Source: Phoronis australis (Eukaryota; Animalia; Phoronida). Taken from it: a stretch of 64,000 nt of DNA. Where the stretch lies: the NCBI GenBank assembly GCA_002633005.1, contig NMRA01000024.1:389803-453802 (forward strand), in the 5' to 3' direction. The position numbers and the translations under genes were made by a program. The notes below the pieces were generated by a model. The model saw only the letters and a list, made by a program, of their open reading frames with translations, searched no databases and was not told the origin of the DNA. Positions 12,623-26,098 of this stretch are shown one piece after another; positions within the stretch are counted from its first letter, which is position 1, and each line of letters opens with the position of its first letter.

Positions 12623-12783
12623 CAGTGTTGTAGTGGTAAAATTAGAGGTAAGTAGGCGCCCAAAGCCCACTGTCGGTATCACCTTGAGCACTGAACGTAA
12701 CTTACGGTGCGTAGGCGCTACGTTGAAATGCCCAAAAGGTGGTTGGCTGCGCCTACGTGCGCCTACGCCCTACTACAGCACTG
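12623..12783. mobile_element. hAT-type MITE, family A copy 2
   Basis: TIRs CAGTGTTGTAGT...ACTACAGCACTG; 8-bp flanks tttattgt/tttattgc; reverse complement of 3332-3489. Confidence 0.85.
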
Positions 12784-13017
12784 TTTATTGCGACTTGCGA
12801 TATCAATTCTTCAATGAATTAAACATGAGTCGGAGACTGCTATAACATCAAAGACATGCCTTTCAATGTCTCTGAACTGTTCTGTGTTCTTTTAATGCAA
12901 ACACCTCGTGGAGACGCAAGGTCACGCAAGACTTCCCGAGATATCGGCGTGCATTAGAAGCACGTGTTCACACTATATGTAGTCGCCAAACTTTTACGTC
13001 TACAGTACGCAGCCCTG

Positions 13018-13265
13018 GGGTCTGTTGCATGAAAAGTGGCTTTAGACTTAAGTCAGAAATTTGATCTTGCTCCACACAATCATTTCTGAAAAACAAGTGA
13101 ATCTCACTTGCACAAAAGTGCAGTCTATGAGAGTATGCGCATAACTCAAACTTCTATAAATTGCTTCTTTCTAGGCGCTCATAGTTACTTGGTTAAACGA
13201 TTATTCAGCAATTGTGGAATGGGAGTGCAATACCAAATCTTAATCAATCTTCATGAGGCAGACCC
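13018..13265. mobile_element. PIF/Harbinger-type MITE
   Basis: ctg|GGGTCTGTTGCATGAA ... TTCATGAGGCAGACCC|ctg: imperfect TIRs and 3-bp CTG (CWG) TSD. Confidence 0.7.
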
Positions 13266-16200
13266 CTGGTCCTAGGATCGTAAGAACAAGTGACGAGTTA
13301 TTTTTCACAAAATGAAGCGTTTGCTCATTGTCCTTTGTTTACGTTTTACAGTTACTCAGCTCATCCAAGGAATCCAACCTCCAACACTATTACAAAAACA
13401 CTTCGCGCCAAAACATATAAGGAGATATGGATGGTTTTGTCGCGCTGCAGACAATAACATCTGCGCGATGTAGGAACTGTTGCCACGTACCAAATGGAAA
13501 AACATTTATTGTACAGCTTGAAGATGCAAACATTTGATTAATAAACGAAGTACTATGTTAGGCAATAATGACACACTTTTAACGCCCCTGCTGGCGTATT
13601 GATTTGACGCACCTTCTTACTGGTTACCATGTGTGGAATTTTCATATCGAGGAGTTACATATATATTTATGTGCCGCTAACCTACCAATCCAGAAAACAA
13701 TAATGCTTGGAGGGGCTAGACATTCGCAGCCACTCTAGTGATCAATGTCCTCATTTCCGGAAATACAGATATTTGCTGTATTCTTACATTTATCAATATT
13801 GTGTCTAATAAAGTTTATCCCGTATCGTGTCTGTCGCTTGTGTCCCTAACGCCAATGATCGTTTGCATGGAAGGGGCACAATGGGAATTCAACTGTGTTC
13901 CCTAAATTTCCAGCGCATGTAGGCTTTGATAACTCATTGGTGCTACATATATTCCCTTAGGCTTTGTTGTGAGCTATTGTTTGACTTATGACATTTTCTG
14001 ATAGTATATCTGGAAAGTGAGACCGTATTGCAATGAAAACGAATAGGGACTAAGTCATGAAAATAGGGATGTCGTATGAAAAGGTCCCTATTTAGTTTTA
14101 ATGCTACTAAATATTCAACGCATCATTTACTCTTTGTGTGTAGCAAAGCTAACACTTGACATAGCAATGAAGAAAACAGAGCAGAAATAGGACAATCAGT
14201 ACGGTTTGCACAAAGTACACAAAATTAATGCGCAAACAAATCCGGAACATCTTTAGTGGTTATTGCGGTATTGGAACATTTTCATGCAGCCGGCCATAGG
14301 TATAGAGCATTGCGGAAAATCTGGAAACCCGAATTTCGTACGCTGAAAGATAAACATGTTTCTATAAGGTAAATGTCAAATTGATACATTGAAGGTTTAC
14401 AGAAATTACTAAAAGTCAATCGGAGATTATTTTTCTACGTCTGATGATGTGTTTCAACAAAATATTAGATTTTAGCATTACGTAGCTGAGACCGTTCTCT
14501 TTCCCCTTGAATATGCGATTCATTTGTTTTAAGAAAACGTTGCCACTTAAAACCGCCTAGCACAAGTCAAAACATTAACAAACAGGTATGAAATCCTGCA
14601 AGTTTCCGTTAAGCCCGCTTATTATCGTTGTCACGGAGCAGTGGTCGCTCCTTCAAAAATTTGTTTTCGATTCTGTTTAGAAATCACTGATGGCGATTTG
14701 TCGGGAATTGTTATAATAGCATATTTAAAATAGAATTAGCGAATTACAATTTGATCCTGGCCCAACAGCTAAAACGAACTTCGTCTCTAACCTTGAGAAC
14801 TGTCCTGAAGTTGAGGATTCGTCTTTATTTTTGATTATTTTTTAATGTTAGTCCCTTGTTTCTGCTTCAGCAATCGTTGCGTTTTGGGACATCAAAAAAA
14901 CTGCGTATTTACACTATATTTACCACAGACTATCGCTACGGCGATGAATTTACAGAGTCTGGAATGCTCAAAGTTTGTATTACTCTGGATTTGTGTGCGT
15001 GTTAGCCATCATTTCAGATGGTTTTGTTCCGGCAGAAACACCGCCCTATGTAGAGATTATTTTCGTTAATTCCGCAGTGTGTCCTTTTCGTAGAGATATA
15101 TCTTTATTTCTGTGTAGTTACGAGCTCCTTGAGTTAACCAATCGGAAAAGGCACATTTTGGAAGGAAATTTTGTGGTAAAAGACAGGGAAACTGGTCGTG
15201 AAAAGTCGCGTATTTGACAGACACGTCCCATATTCCTCTTTCGTGAGAGCCGGGCATAGGAGTTGCGTGGGAAGAATATTTTAGCACAGGGTGGTTATTT
15301 TCTTTTTACGGTAATCTTCATGCGTCTTTCCTGCCTCACGCGGAGGCAGATGGCAACTATACTTGCTTGGTATTTATTTATACATGTAACAGAGCTGCTT
15401 CGTCGGAAAAGGTTGTTGGCGCCAAAACTGCTATTAGCTCACAGTGAGCATACGACAAAACGACGCGCTAAAACAAAGGCGTCGCGCTTGGATGAAAATA
15501 TCCACTGTTGGTTTAACGGTCTTTTGTTTTCCTGAGGTCTGTTTAAAACATCGAAGAATGAGTCGGAATGATCCTGTCCGTAGGATAAGCGAGGTACCCG
15601 CAAATGCTTTCCGTCGCAGTAACCAAATTGCGTTTCGCTTCTGCTCCTGATTTTTATGACGTACTTGCGCGTGATAGTACTGCAAACGGCGCAGAATAAA
15701 CTACTAGAGACGTTGTCAAACTTTTGCGCATGTTGTGATGTAATGGTTTTGAAGTTTTTCTCTGAATGTCAAGGGTCGTGAGTAATGAAAGACGTGAAAA
15801 GTATACGCTGATTTCTATCGATGTTGACCTCTGTTTTAGGCACTGGTTAACCATGCAAATTACAAGGAAACTTGTGATTTCAAGAAGCAGGTGTCGTCGA
15901 ATGGCTGCGGACAACCACGAACGGTTTGCCTATGTGCTTAAATTTAGAACTGATAGTCTGTCGTACATTGATACTGCGTTGTCAATCTTAAAGATACACT
16001 TTCTTGTATTTGCACCAATTGAAAAGTTAACGTTTACGTTCGCTTATCCTTCCTTTTAACTTGCTTAAAACTGGTGGAAACGAAGCGGGGCAAATCGAAT
16101 CTGACAAATCGAAATATATTCACTAACTGAATAGAAATGTTTGATTAACTGCAATCCATTCCTCCTTGTTCTTACAGTGCTTAATGTCAATTTTCATAAA

Positions 16201-19200
16201 AGTGAAGTTCAATGTCATTCAACTCTGTCGGCCATTTTGTTGGTGAACCAACGGAAATTCTGAAATCATTCGTAAAAATTCTTTTTGACTTATGTTTATG
16301 TTTAAAAAGGATGTCACTTAAAGGAGCATCGTTTGGGAATTTGTTGTGACTAAGTTGGTTGCTTTGAAATCAAATAGTATAATTCTTCAGTTAAACGTTT
16401 GCCCACATTTCTTTATGAGTCGGTGCATTTTTACCCCTCAGCCCCAGGGAAGCAGCTTGTCACAATTATAGAAAACCTTTAGGTTTCGGTGCTTATGTGT
16501 AGATATCCAACGTTGATCTATTGTTAGACTTGATGAGGCTCGATTAAGCGTGCTCTTATCTGGCCATAAATAGTGATAAATAATACAGGCCTAGGTTACA
16601 AACGCTTTAAACCGACAAAATAATCTTCGCGATGTTTTTCAGCCACTGTAGGAAAATTACATACTGTCTTTGGTGAACTACTAAATGAAATCACAACAGT
16701 TTTATACGGCACTGACATCGGAGAGATTTGCTGGCTACTGGTTAAATTTCATCTTCATCAGTTAAGGGATCTTCGCATACAACAGACACAGGTTGAATAG
16801 ACAGTGTAAACGCGTCTAGATTTACAGAAGGCTTTGGGGGTAACGGGCTGTACATAACTGTAGAAAATCTCGTTGTGTTCTATTTGTGAAGTTTTTAACA
16901 ATAATGAAGCTGAAACTGTATCATTAATCAAGGCCGCAAATCTGAGACTTGAATCTTGACATTAATTAATGAAGGTCACTATTGCTTGTGTGTGATATGG
17001 TAAGCTATAGTCGTCAGAGGGGTGTTTCAGAATTGTCTAAGCGCAATGCAAATACAGACCGAAAACTGACACTAGTGATCTTCCACAAGTCTCCCAATTA
17101 GTACGTGCTTTTATTTCCTCAATGTTTGGCCACTCAAACAAGAGCCTCGAGGGACATTGGCCCATTGTGAGGCGGGAACGAAGGAGTGTCACTCGCTTCA
17201 GTGACCCTGTTTGGAAAAAAGTAAAACAGGTGGTCTCCAAGGCCTTGACTGGGGTAAAATAATATGATAACAGTGATCCCGATCGTTTTCGCGCACAGTT
17301 TTCATACCCATTCGTTCCTACCACATGTCGAAGCTGTCATCATATAGAGTCGACTTCAGGGTTTCTAGATAGGATATCAGCCCGGGGTTACTCCCGTGGT
17401 AGAGCTATACTGAAAGGGTTACGCGAAGAAAGGATGCCTTTCTTGGCAAACTGCCCTACGAAAGCATACTTTTTACGATTTAATTTTCTAGAAATTTGTA
17501 CACTTTGCGAGTTCGAAACTGTGGAAAAAAGTTCCCTTTTGCAACTATGCAAAATTGTTTGAATACACGACACTTGTTAATAACAATCTTTATCCCGTTG
17601 CATTCGTATTCCCTTCCGTTCGTATCCTCGGAACAAATTTCGACACTCGGCAACAGAACATTGCAAATCTATAGAAGGCTTCGTTATGAACGTTTTTCGT
17701 AAAGCTGTGGTTGCAAATGATGTACTCATTTTTGACAATATAACTTCTCTTCTATATCTTTTTCAGTTTTTATGGGTTACGAATTGAGCTGCCCAATAAT
17801 CCTTGCGAAATGGTTTTAAATTAACCCCCTGCAAAAGGTATTGTTTCTTGAATAAATCTCAAAGAAAAAGTTTTTTATGGAAGCTTCCTGCCAGCGTGTT
17901 TCTTTTCTCGTCCCCATTCTCTAAATGTTGGAGGGTATCCTACGATGCTGCTTTTTGGCCACAGTGAGTAACAAAGAGTCTAATCACGAGCGCACACGTG
18001 AAGATCGACATATCATATTCAACGTTTCCGTTTATTACGAACAGTCTTCAAGGAGAAGTGGTATGACAGCATGAAATCAAACAAATCAAAACACTGCACT
18101 GCTTATAAAGGAGGCTATTCACATAAGGGAGAAACATGCTGAACGTTTCCTAAACAGGAACATCGCAGCTTACAATCTCTAGCTGTGGTGATTGGTGTTG
18201 TCCTATTCCCAGCAGTTTTCTCACATTATTCATTTCGACGTAGTCCTGAGCAGTATGACGACATATATTTATACATACTGCGTCTTGATTTGTTGGATTT
18301 GATGCTGTCGTACTTCCTGTCCCTGAAGATGGTTTGCTTGTAATAACCGAAACGTTGGATATGGATGCGTCAATCTTCACTTGTGCGCTTGTGACAAGAC
18401 TCGTGGGTATCCTAATTTCCCAGCCGCAGCTCCCCGACAATAATTCAGTCGAGTACTCTACCCTTGGGATACATTCATAGTACGATTGTCTGTTTATGAT
18501 AAATGTATCTAGTGTATGTATCGTTATATCCAAATTCAGCTTTAACGATTAATTTCTTTTGGTTCATTCAACACTCTGAGCTTCCGCGTTATATTCCATG
18601 AGCCTCTTCAATTATGCCAACTAAGCCAAGATACACTCAGTTTTTCTTAGATTTGTATTACAAACACGTAGTTTACAATATTTTATTACAGCTCATACAT
18701 ATAATTTAACACCGGCACGTTGTCAGAGATTTACGGTAAGAGACCGCGTATGATATTTCGAGATGGCCACCTGTTATCCATCTGGCATCATTCAACAAGC
18801 AGATAAAAGCGCCTTTGTTCACGCTCACTCGAGTGCCCGCTTTACACAAGACTAACAAGCGTTATTTGCAATGAATTGTGGACGCTCATAAAATGAAATC
18901 GTTTTACCGTAAAGTGTCGAATTTCTTGTTTTGAATTCGAGTCAACTGATTTTCCTTGATTGTTTGAACTTGCACTTCGCCTTGTTTAACTGGCTAAAAA
19001 TGAAAAACAAAATGGCGCTTCTACTCTCTTGAAATCTATCCCTTGCCATGATAGGACTCTGTTTCTGTTACCAACAAGAACATCGAAGCTATCAGCGATT
19101 CAAGAAAACGCAGTAGAATTTAATGGGGCTGGCCAACCTTAAAATTGCGGATTAGAAAATGGTGCATGAATGTGACTTGACCTTCCGGCTCATTTGGCTA

Positions 19201-21346
19201 CAATTCACAATCGGATGAGCGTGGCGATCTCTTTAACCCAAAATGCTTTGGTTAAGAATTCATCATTTCGTTTTTAGCCACCTAAACAGGACAAACCGTT
19301 TTCCAAAAGCAAACTTCCTCTAAAATGGACATTCTACCGTAGACGTTATATTGTTTTAATGGACATTTGATGTTACTTCGCACGTAGTATTCACTTATCT
19401 TAAAAACAACAATTCCATTGATACAATTATTCTACACTGATATTCCTTTTAAACAATGTTGTTGAAATGGTTTTATGGCAAGGTTAAGTCAACAAATATG
19501 TACTTGATCTAACAACTCATGCATTAGTGTCACACAAGCAAGTGCCCGAGCGAACACACTTGTATGGTCGTATTTTCACGCCCACTCATATTTACTCAAC
19601 GAACAAGAAGAATATTATTTACTTACTCTTGACAAAACTTAAAAAATACATTTCGTCAGTTTGAACGTAAAACAACTTAACGTAATCAGTCTCAATAATA
19701 CAGATGATGTAAAAAAAATCTGAACTTGCTAGTTTACGAATTTCGCCTTCACTCTAGGTATTCAGACGGCTGCAGTCCGCTTCTTAACCATATCTGGAGA
19801 GTGTTTACTGAAATTTTCAAGTATTTTAAATCAAGATAAAAGCTGACGTGAGCTGTGTTTTTACATGTGACATACTTTTTCATAAATCAAACGAATCCTT
19901 CAACGCAGAGTCAGTTTCATGAAAGTGACTTAATAGACTTAAGTGAGAATTTTTGTCTTCGCTCCTTAGCAATTTGCGCAAATCTAATTTTATCTCTTTT
20001 CAGCTTAGTGTCTGTAAAATACCCTAGAGACCTACTTTATCAGACTGTTTGTACATTGATCAACTGTGATTTGTTAGCAATTACATTTGAAAAGTTTTAT
20101 TTAAGAGGAGCAAAGAATAAGAAGCAGAAAATTCTCCTCAACTTCGGCTGTACTAGTTACTTGGGGGAAGTCTCGGGAACATCTTGATTGGATACTCGGA
20201 ATTCTTGGTGTTTGACAATAACAATACTCGCGTCGTTGTAAAAATATATTATGGATGAGTACGTAATACTGTTACAACAATGCGTCATGTAAGCTTTATA
20301 AACTTAGGAATATAGGATAACAATCTCGACATAAGTAGCGTTTTTTTATAAATTAAACTACAACATCAACGGTATAACAAGCACTGCATTTTGACTTAGA
20401 GGTAGCACTTAAACTTAAGTGGTAAAACCTTAACAAGACTTAAAATAAATTAAGTGATATATCACATGGGACACCAATTCATAGATGTGGCAGCGTCATC
20501 CTCTCATTTTTTACAGCCCGGGACAGTTGCCCTTAGTAAAGTACCATTTTCTGTCTCATTGTGGTCCAAATTAAAAGAAAATTTCACGCCATGTTTCGAT
20601 TAGGCAAACAATAAGAATTTTGTAACAGAATTTACGTATTTGGTTCCTCTCTAGTTTCTAGGTCCCCATGAGGACAATGCTAATGTCGCATATTTAGAAT
20701 TCAGCAACATTTTTTACTGAGTCGGTGAACTGACAAATCGTGGGCAATGGACACATTGACACTCGTGGATACACTAGCCAAACAACTGAAGTTCTTTACG
20801 GGTAATAGTAATGCTTTTGGATTTAATCAGTTTCCCAATTTAGCAAATATTTGCGAAAAAGTAGGTTGACCAATTCGTCACTTCTAGTGGTCTCCGACTT
20901 TGAGAAACAGGCAATCACCGACTGCATAGCGCCTGATATTAAATGGATGAAACTGGTTCTCAAAATCAGGAACTACCAAAAGTGACTTACCATAGTAGAA
21001 GCCTTGTGATGTCATAACGCTCGCTAAAATGTCAGTGTCTACATGACAACTCCTGATGCTTCGTTTGGTGTATCTGTGGACAATTTTGCAATCTTGAAAC
21101 TTTTGTACATCTTTCTTTTACAAACTCAAGTGTTATTTTGTAAACTTCATCTCTTAAATCAGTACAGGGGCCCAGTGACGCACATTATTCTGCGACTGAT
21201 CATCCCAGATGAGCGTACTCCTCCAACTGCAAGTTTGTTGTAATGGTGTGGGTGATCGTCGGAACCATCTTGCCCGAAATCTGCACCCGTGATTCTTAAG
21301 AGGGTGTCGGAGATCACTTACAGACCACATCGTTTAGTTTAAAATT

Positions 21347-22204
21347 TCAATGTCTCCTCCGTATCCGTCCCTCTGTTTGTATTGTGTGAGTACACATATC
21401 AACACACTCGGCAAACGTCGGTCTACTTGGTCTCTCCGCGATATCACCCTCGGCCAGCTTTGACAAGGCTAGAATGTAACTTGAGGCTATTTTCAAAATC
21501 GCCAACTTGGACAGCTTTTGATTATACGAGTATGAGGGCACAGCCCTTCGTAAACTTTCAAACGCCGCACTGATGGTGTGAACTCTAGTCCTTTCCCTGG
21601 CGTTAGCCTCCACTCTTCTCTCCCGGGTCATGTTCTTGTAATTTTTTCGTGTCCTTCTCTGACCCTGTGCTCCGCCCGGGTCCCCAAGGTGCAGATCCCC
21701 GGGGTGTCGCTCGATGCTGCTGTGTAGCGCTAGTCTATGAGCCGGATCATACATCATAGGCACGCGGTGATAAATGTTTGGAATTAACAATTCACGTCCT
21801 GTTTGGATAGTCTGAATAACGCTCGATTGATGACTTTCTGTATCGGTTCTCTCCTGGTCAGTGGTTCGCGATCGAACCTCCGTACTCTCTTCTATGGCCC
21901 CTTCCCTTTGGTTACCTGGGGAATCCGACTCGCTGCCGCACTGGTCTCCGTCGCTGCCACTTGCCGCAGACGAGCAAAGTCGTTTCACACTGAAATCCGA
22001 ACGTTTTTTCGGCTCCGACATTTTCCGCTTGTTTCGCCTGGATGAGCAAATGTCATTTCTTGTCGGTGATAAATTCCCCTTATTGTTACTCGTCCATGGC
22101 TCCTGTTTGATTCTTTTACACTGTTTCTCGCGGTGCTCCAATTCCATTCCAGCCTTGACCGAACCAGTCTTGACTACACGTTCGAAGCAGGTGCCCGCCG
22201 CCAT
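21347..22204 (-). CDS. ATOH8: Atonal-superfamily bHLH transcription factor, Atoh8/Net group, 285 aa, single exon
   Basis: bHLH RERRVEANARERTRVHTISAAFESLRRAVPSYSYNQKLSKLAILKIASSYILALS and C-terminal FAECVDMCTHTIQTEGR are characteristic of Atoh8/Net; uninterrupted ATG-to-TGA ORF. Confidence 0.95.
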   Translation of the reverse strand: MAAGTCFERVVKTGSVKAGMELEHREKQCKRIKQEPWTSNNKGNLSPTRNDICSSRRNKRKMSEPKKRSDFSVKRLCSSAASGSDGDQCGSESDSPGNQREGAIEESTEVRSRTTDQERTDTESHQSSVIQTIQTGRELLIPNIYHRVPMMYDPAHRLALHSSIERHPGDLHLGDPGGAQGQRRTRKNYKNMTRERRVEANARERTRVHTISAAFESLRRAVPSYSYNQKLSKLAILKIASSYILALSKLAEGDIAERPSRPTFAECVDMCTHTIQTEGRIRRRH

Positions 22205-22486
22205 AATTCTAGCTCAACTCCCCATCACCGTACGACGTCCAGATGTTAAATGTTAAAGAATTCTTAAATGTGTGTTATTTATTGACTAATCAGATAGCTA
22301 TCTCACTCCACATAGAACGCACACACGGTACACAGCCTAAGTGATATAAAAATCCGCAGTAATTGCCACTCCGTTCACTGTTTTATCGCGTTGAGTCCAA
22401 ACAAGTCTCTGTACACGTTTCTCCTTCGATTTATTCTAAAGTCTATATGGATAAATCATTAGTACACTAAATTGGAAAACGGCTGT

Positions 22487-22493
22487 TTTTATA
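22487..22493 (-). promoter_or_regulatory. Candidate TATA box of Atoh8
   Basis: Minus-strand TATAAAA about 285 bp upstream of the ATG; an E-box (CAGGTG) lies ~25 bp further upstream. TSS not observable. Confidence 0.5.
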
Positions 22494-25400
22494 TGAGCGA
22501 GCCGAATAATGCTTGCGCCAGGTGTTTAGTTATTGAGGCTTCCAGGGGCGAGGGCTAACTTGATACGTCGATCGAATGGGCCACTGACTTAGCCGAGTCC
22601 ATTGCCATTTGAAGGGGTGACGACGTCTTTACTGCCGTCAACATTTTCAGATTCTCGCAAAGACAAACAATAAATGATCTTGTATAAAGTCACATTTGAA
22701 GGTAAATTTTATAAGATAATAAATATTAATATAACAACCGAAGTCGCACATTTTAGATTTGTTAGTGCATTCCGGCCATTCAAATCGGTCACCTTTCAAT
22801 CATTAATAACTCTTAAATTAAAGAATGAGATGTAGTCCTTTGCGTACTTTAGCACTTGCCAAACAACATTCGGTCTTGTTTGAATTATGAGGCGTTGCCT
22901 TGACAACATATTCAATGCCATCTGTGCTAGACATCAATTAAATAACGTGAATATGTTAATACAGAGTCGCACTGAAATTTATACAGCTCTTCGCGTGCAG
23001 TTGTATAAACAAAAGGCATAGATGTATTAGTGTACATAAGCTAGTCGTGTACCGCTAACATTCAAATGAAATACATCACACTGCTTCCGATGCGTCGCCA
23101 CGGCAACATAAAATCAATTTCTGACATGTTTTTTTTATTTCACTTCTACTTGAATGGCAGTGCAGGATATTTGGTGCTTTACTTCTGCGCAGGTCGAACT
23201 AAGTTGGGCTCGAGAAAAGAGCTAACTCACAACGTATTGTCATAAATTCGTTGCATTAAGCCATGCTACCGTATGAATTATTTCTAACGACAGCTTTGAT
23301 GGTAAAGTTCTTATCAGCTTAAATTCTCAGATGGAAAACGGTAAAATAAAAGATCACGCTCGCGGACATCGTTTTAATTGAGCTTCGTGCGTCAGGTGCA
23401 CGTGCGCACGTTTGAAAATATAGATTTCGTGATCAAAGCTGATTTTAATAAAACAAAACAATAACCGTGTTATAGTTATGTGGCTTTTTTATTTTCCAAA
23501 ATGAAAACTTATTTCGACCTTCAAACTTTTCAATTTTATTAATCTTTTTTTGCATTCGTCTGGTGTCAGAACATTTTTTTGGAAACGCATGCGCTTACGT
23601 GAAAACCTGACTGCATGGCCTTTGTAACAAAACCTTATGACAACGAGTTTCTGTATTTTGCTCACGATATCGCCTCCTATTAGTGAACGCTGTACATGTA
23701 TATGTGTGTGCGTGCGCCTCGTGTTGGCTACATTGTTTGAGGTGACTTCAACATCGATTTCTTGTATGTTACATGAATGACATAAACACTTAATTTTGCC
23801 ATTTCTCTTGTAAACTCTTTCACTCAACGTGTGGTCTCACGCGTGCCTGTTAAAGCTTACCGCGATGAAAAGCGTGGTCTCAGTTGGACGCACTAGAGAT
23901 GGCAAAATTTCCTTTTACGTTAGCTCTCACTAGCGCTGGATTTTAATTGCTTTGTTACTAAAAATCGATTATTTCGCGGAGCCATAAGACCAGTGCAGTC
24001 ACCCCATAAATTGTACGAGAAAATATTCAAGACCGAAATAGTAGTTTTGATTATTGAATAAATGCGAATAGAATGTGCTTCTGGAAATTACTTACCGGGG
24101 GTATACGGATCCTCTTTGTAAACTTTTTGAACTTCAAAAACTTTGTGCAGAGTGGCGTAGAATACTTTTTCGACAGGTAAGCCTAGGGCCCTGGACGAGG
24201 AGCAGGGGTTCACTGCCGGTGATCGGGAACTTGAAAAGTGTACTTACAGGTGAGTCATTTAGTGAATTATTAGCATGTGACTGAAATTTAACTGCCTTAC
24301 AATTATCATTTTCTATTGCACGCGTGGCGTATGCATGTGTCACTTAAAACATTCACTTATTTGTAAATTGCTCTTATCCTCTGACACAAAATCAGTGACG
24401 TTGAAATAAATGTGCCATTCACTGAGGCTGTGGTGCAGTTTTCGATAAAGAATACTAAAATTTAAGAAATTCTGCATAACTGTCTCGCCGACAAGCACGC
24501 GGATAACATTCTACAAGCAACCAAGGACAGTCTGAACACGTACACTGTAACTGCACCGACGGCTGACAATCTGCATGCCCGGCGACTGGCACGAGCGTTC
24601 ATATTAACAGTCTTATTCTCGTGAAACGCAATTCTTTTCGCACGAGTGTACTTATTTTCTTACCAACTGTAATTCAGCTAGCTCTTACTAACTTAGTTTT
24701 TTCTCATTGACCGCGTTTCTTTTCTCAAGAACGCCGTACTAATTTCTCTTGCGTGACTTCCATTTGATTTCGGTTTGACTCACTCTATGGTTAGAGGGCG
24801 CTTAACTCGCGAACAAAACCGACATCGTTGCATAATGACATTTGAAATACGTAAATTTGTGCAGATAGTCTTGAAAATAGTGGCGAATTGTTTTTATCTT
24901 ATAAAGTGAATTTTAGGTTGACTTTGGGTTTCGCCGCCGTATGCGAATTCGTTCAAGACTAGAAAATTGCGGAAAAGGACGAGTGTCCAATGTCAAACGT
25001 TAAAATTTGAGGTATAATGAACAAGAACATGTTGTAAAAAATCGTTGTCGTCAATAATACAATAGGTGACATCTGAGAGTAGGGTATGTGCTGAATGATC
25101 TAAACGTTTTTCATTTCCGATAAAGTGAAACGTAGAACAGACATTTTGAGCATATGACGACTGGCACATTGCGATACGTAAGAAAAGAACTGTAACGAAC
25201 AGGGTCCTGCATTGCGATCGATTCAAAGTGGTTAGCGAGAAAAGAACTGAGTTAGTAAGAAGTGAATTCGTGTGGTTGAAGAGAAAAGAACTACACCTCG
25301 TAAATGAAAGGGACGCTGTTAATGATAATGCCCGTGCGGACCGTGGTCCGTGGGTGAGGAAAGCTGACAGCCCTGAAGAGGTTATTTTACGGAATCTTGC

Positions 25401-26010
25401 TAACCGGAAATTGCGTCCTTTAATTCGATTGGAAAATTGAAGTCACAATGTTAGGGGATGGTAAAGACGTCGACTTTACAGAATAAATTAATTCAACTCT
25501 CTTGTCTAACTGGCGCATGAATCTGTAAAAACACATTTTACTAGAGCAATCAAACTAAAGTACGGGTGACAAATGACTTTTTTAAAAGTGGGAAAAGTTT
25601 CCTGACGTACGCGCGATCGTGTGTTGCAACAGCGTTTCCCCTCCGCCTCATGCATGCATTATTACATCACTTAAGCCACCGAATTATTCAATGTTTCATT
25701 TACGAAATATAGTAAAACTCGCACCCGTGGGACTGATTCAATAGAACCGAAATATTCTGGCCGACCGAGTAAGCGATATCCGACTTATATTAAGGATCGA
25801 GTGAACGATTAAAACAACCACATTGTGGAACTTTGTCCGAATAAGCGACCATCCGACTCAATGCGCACTCAAAACCATTTAGTAGAAATTTATCACAGAT
25901 TAAACGGACGAAGCCAGGATTTCTGTGTGCACTGGGCTACCTTGTTATCGATATTAGCGCTCAATAAACACACTAACACGCGGCCTTGTTCTCTATTGTT
26001 ACCGGTTAAA

Positions 26011-26098
26011 CACCTGTGCTCTACTAGGTAGCTTCTCGCTTTTAATCGATCGGCGTCCAGGTAAAACATCACCTGAGGCCGCCATTTTCTGCCACCTG
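26011..26098. promoter_or_regulatory. E-box cluster upstream of Atoh8
   Basis: CACCTG at 26011, 26070 and 26093 plus a CAGGTA in 88 bp. Confidence 0.35.

Noticed and set aside
21803-22256. Plus-strand ORFs overlapping Atoh8
   Set aside because: Antisense shadows of a real GC-richer CDS.
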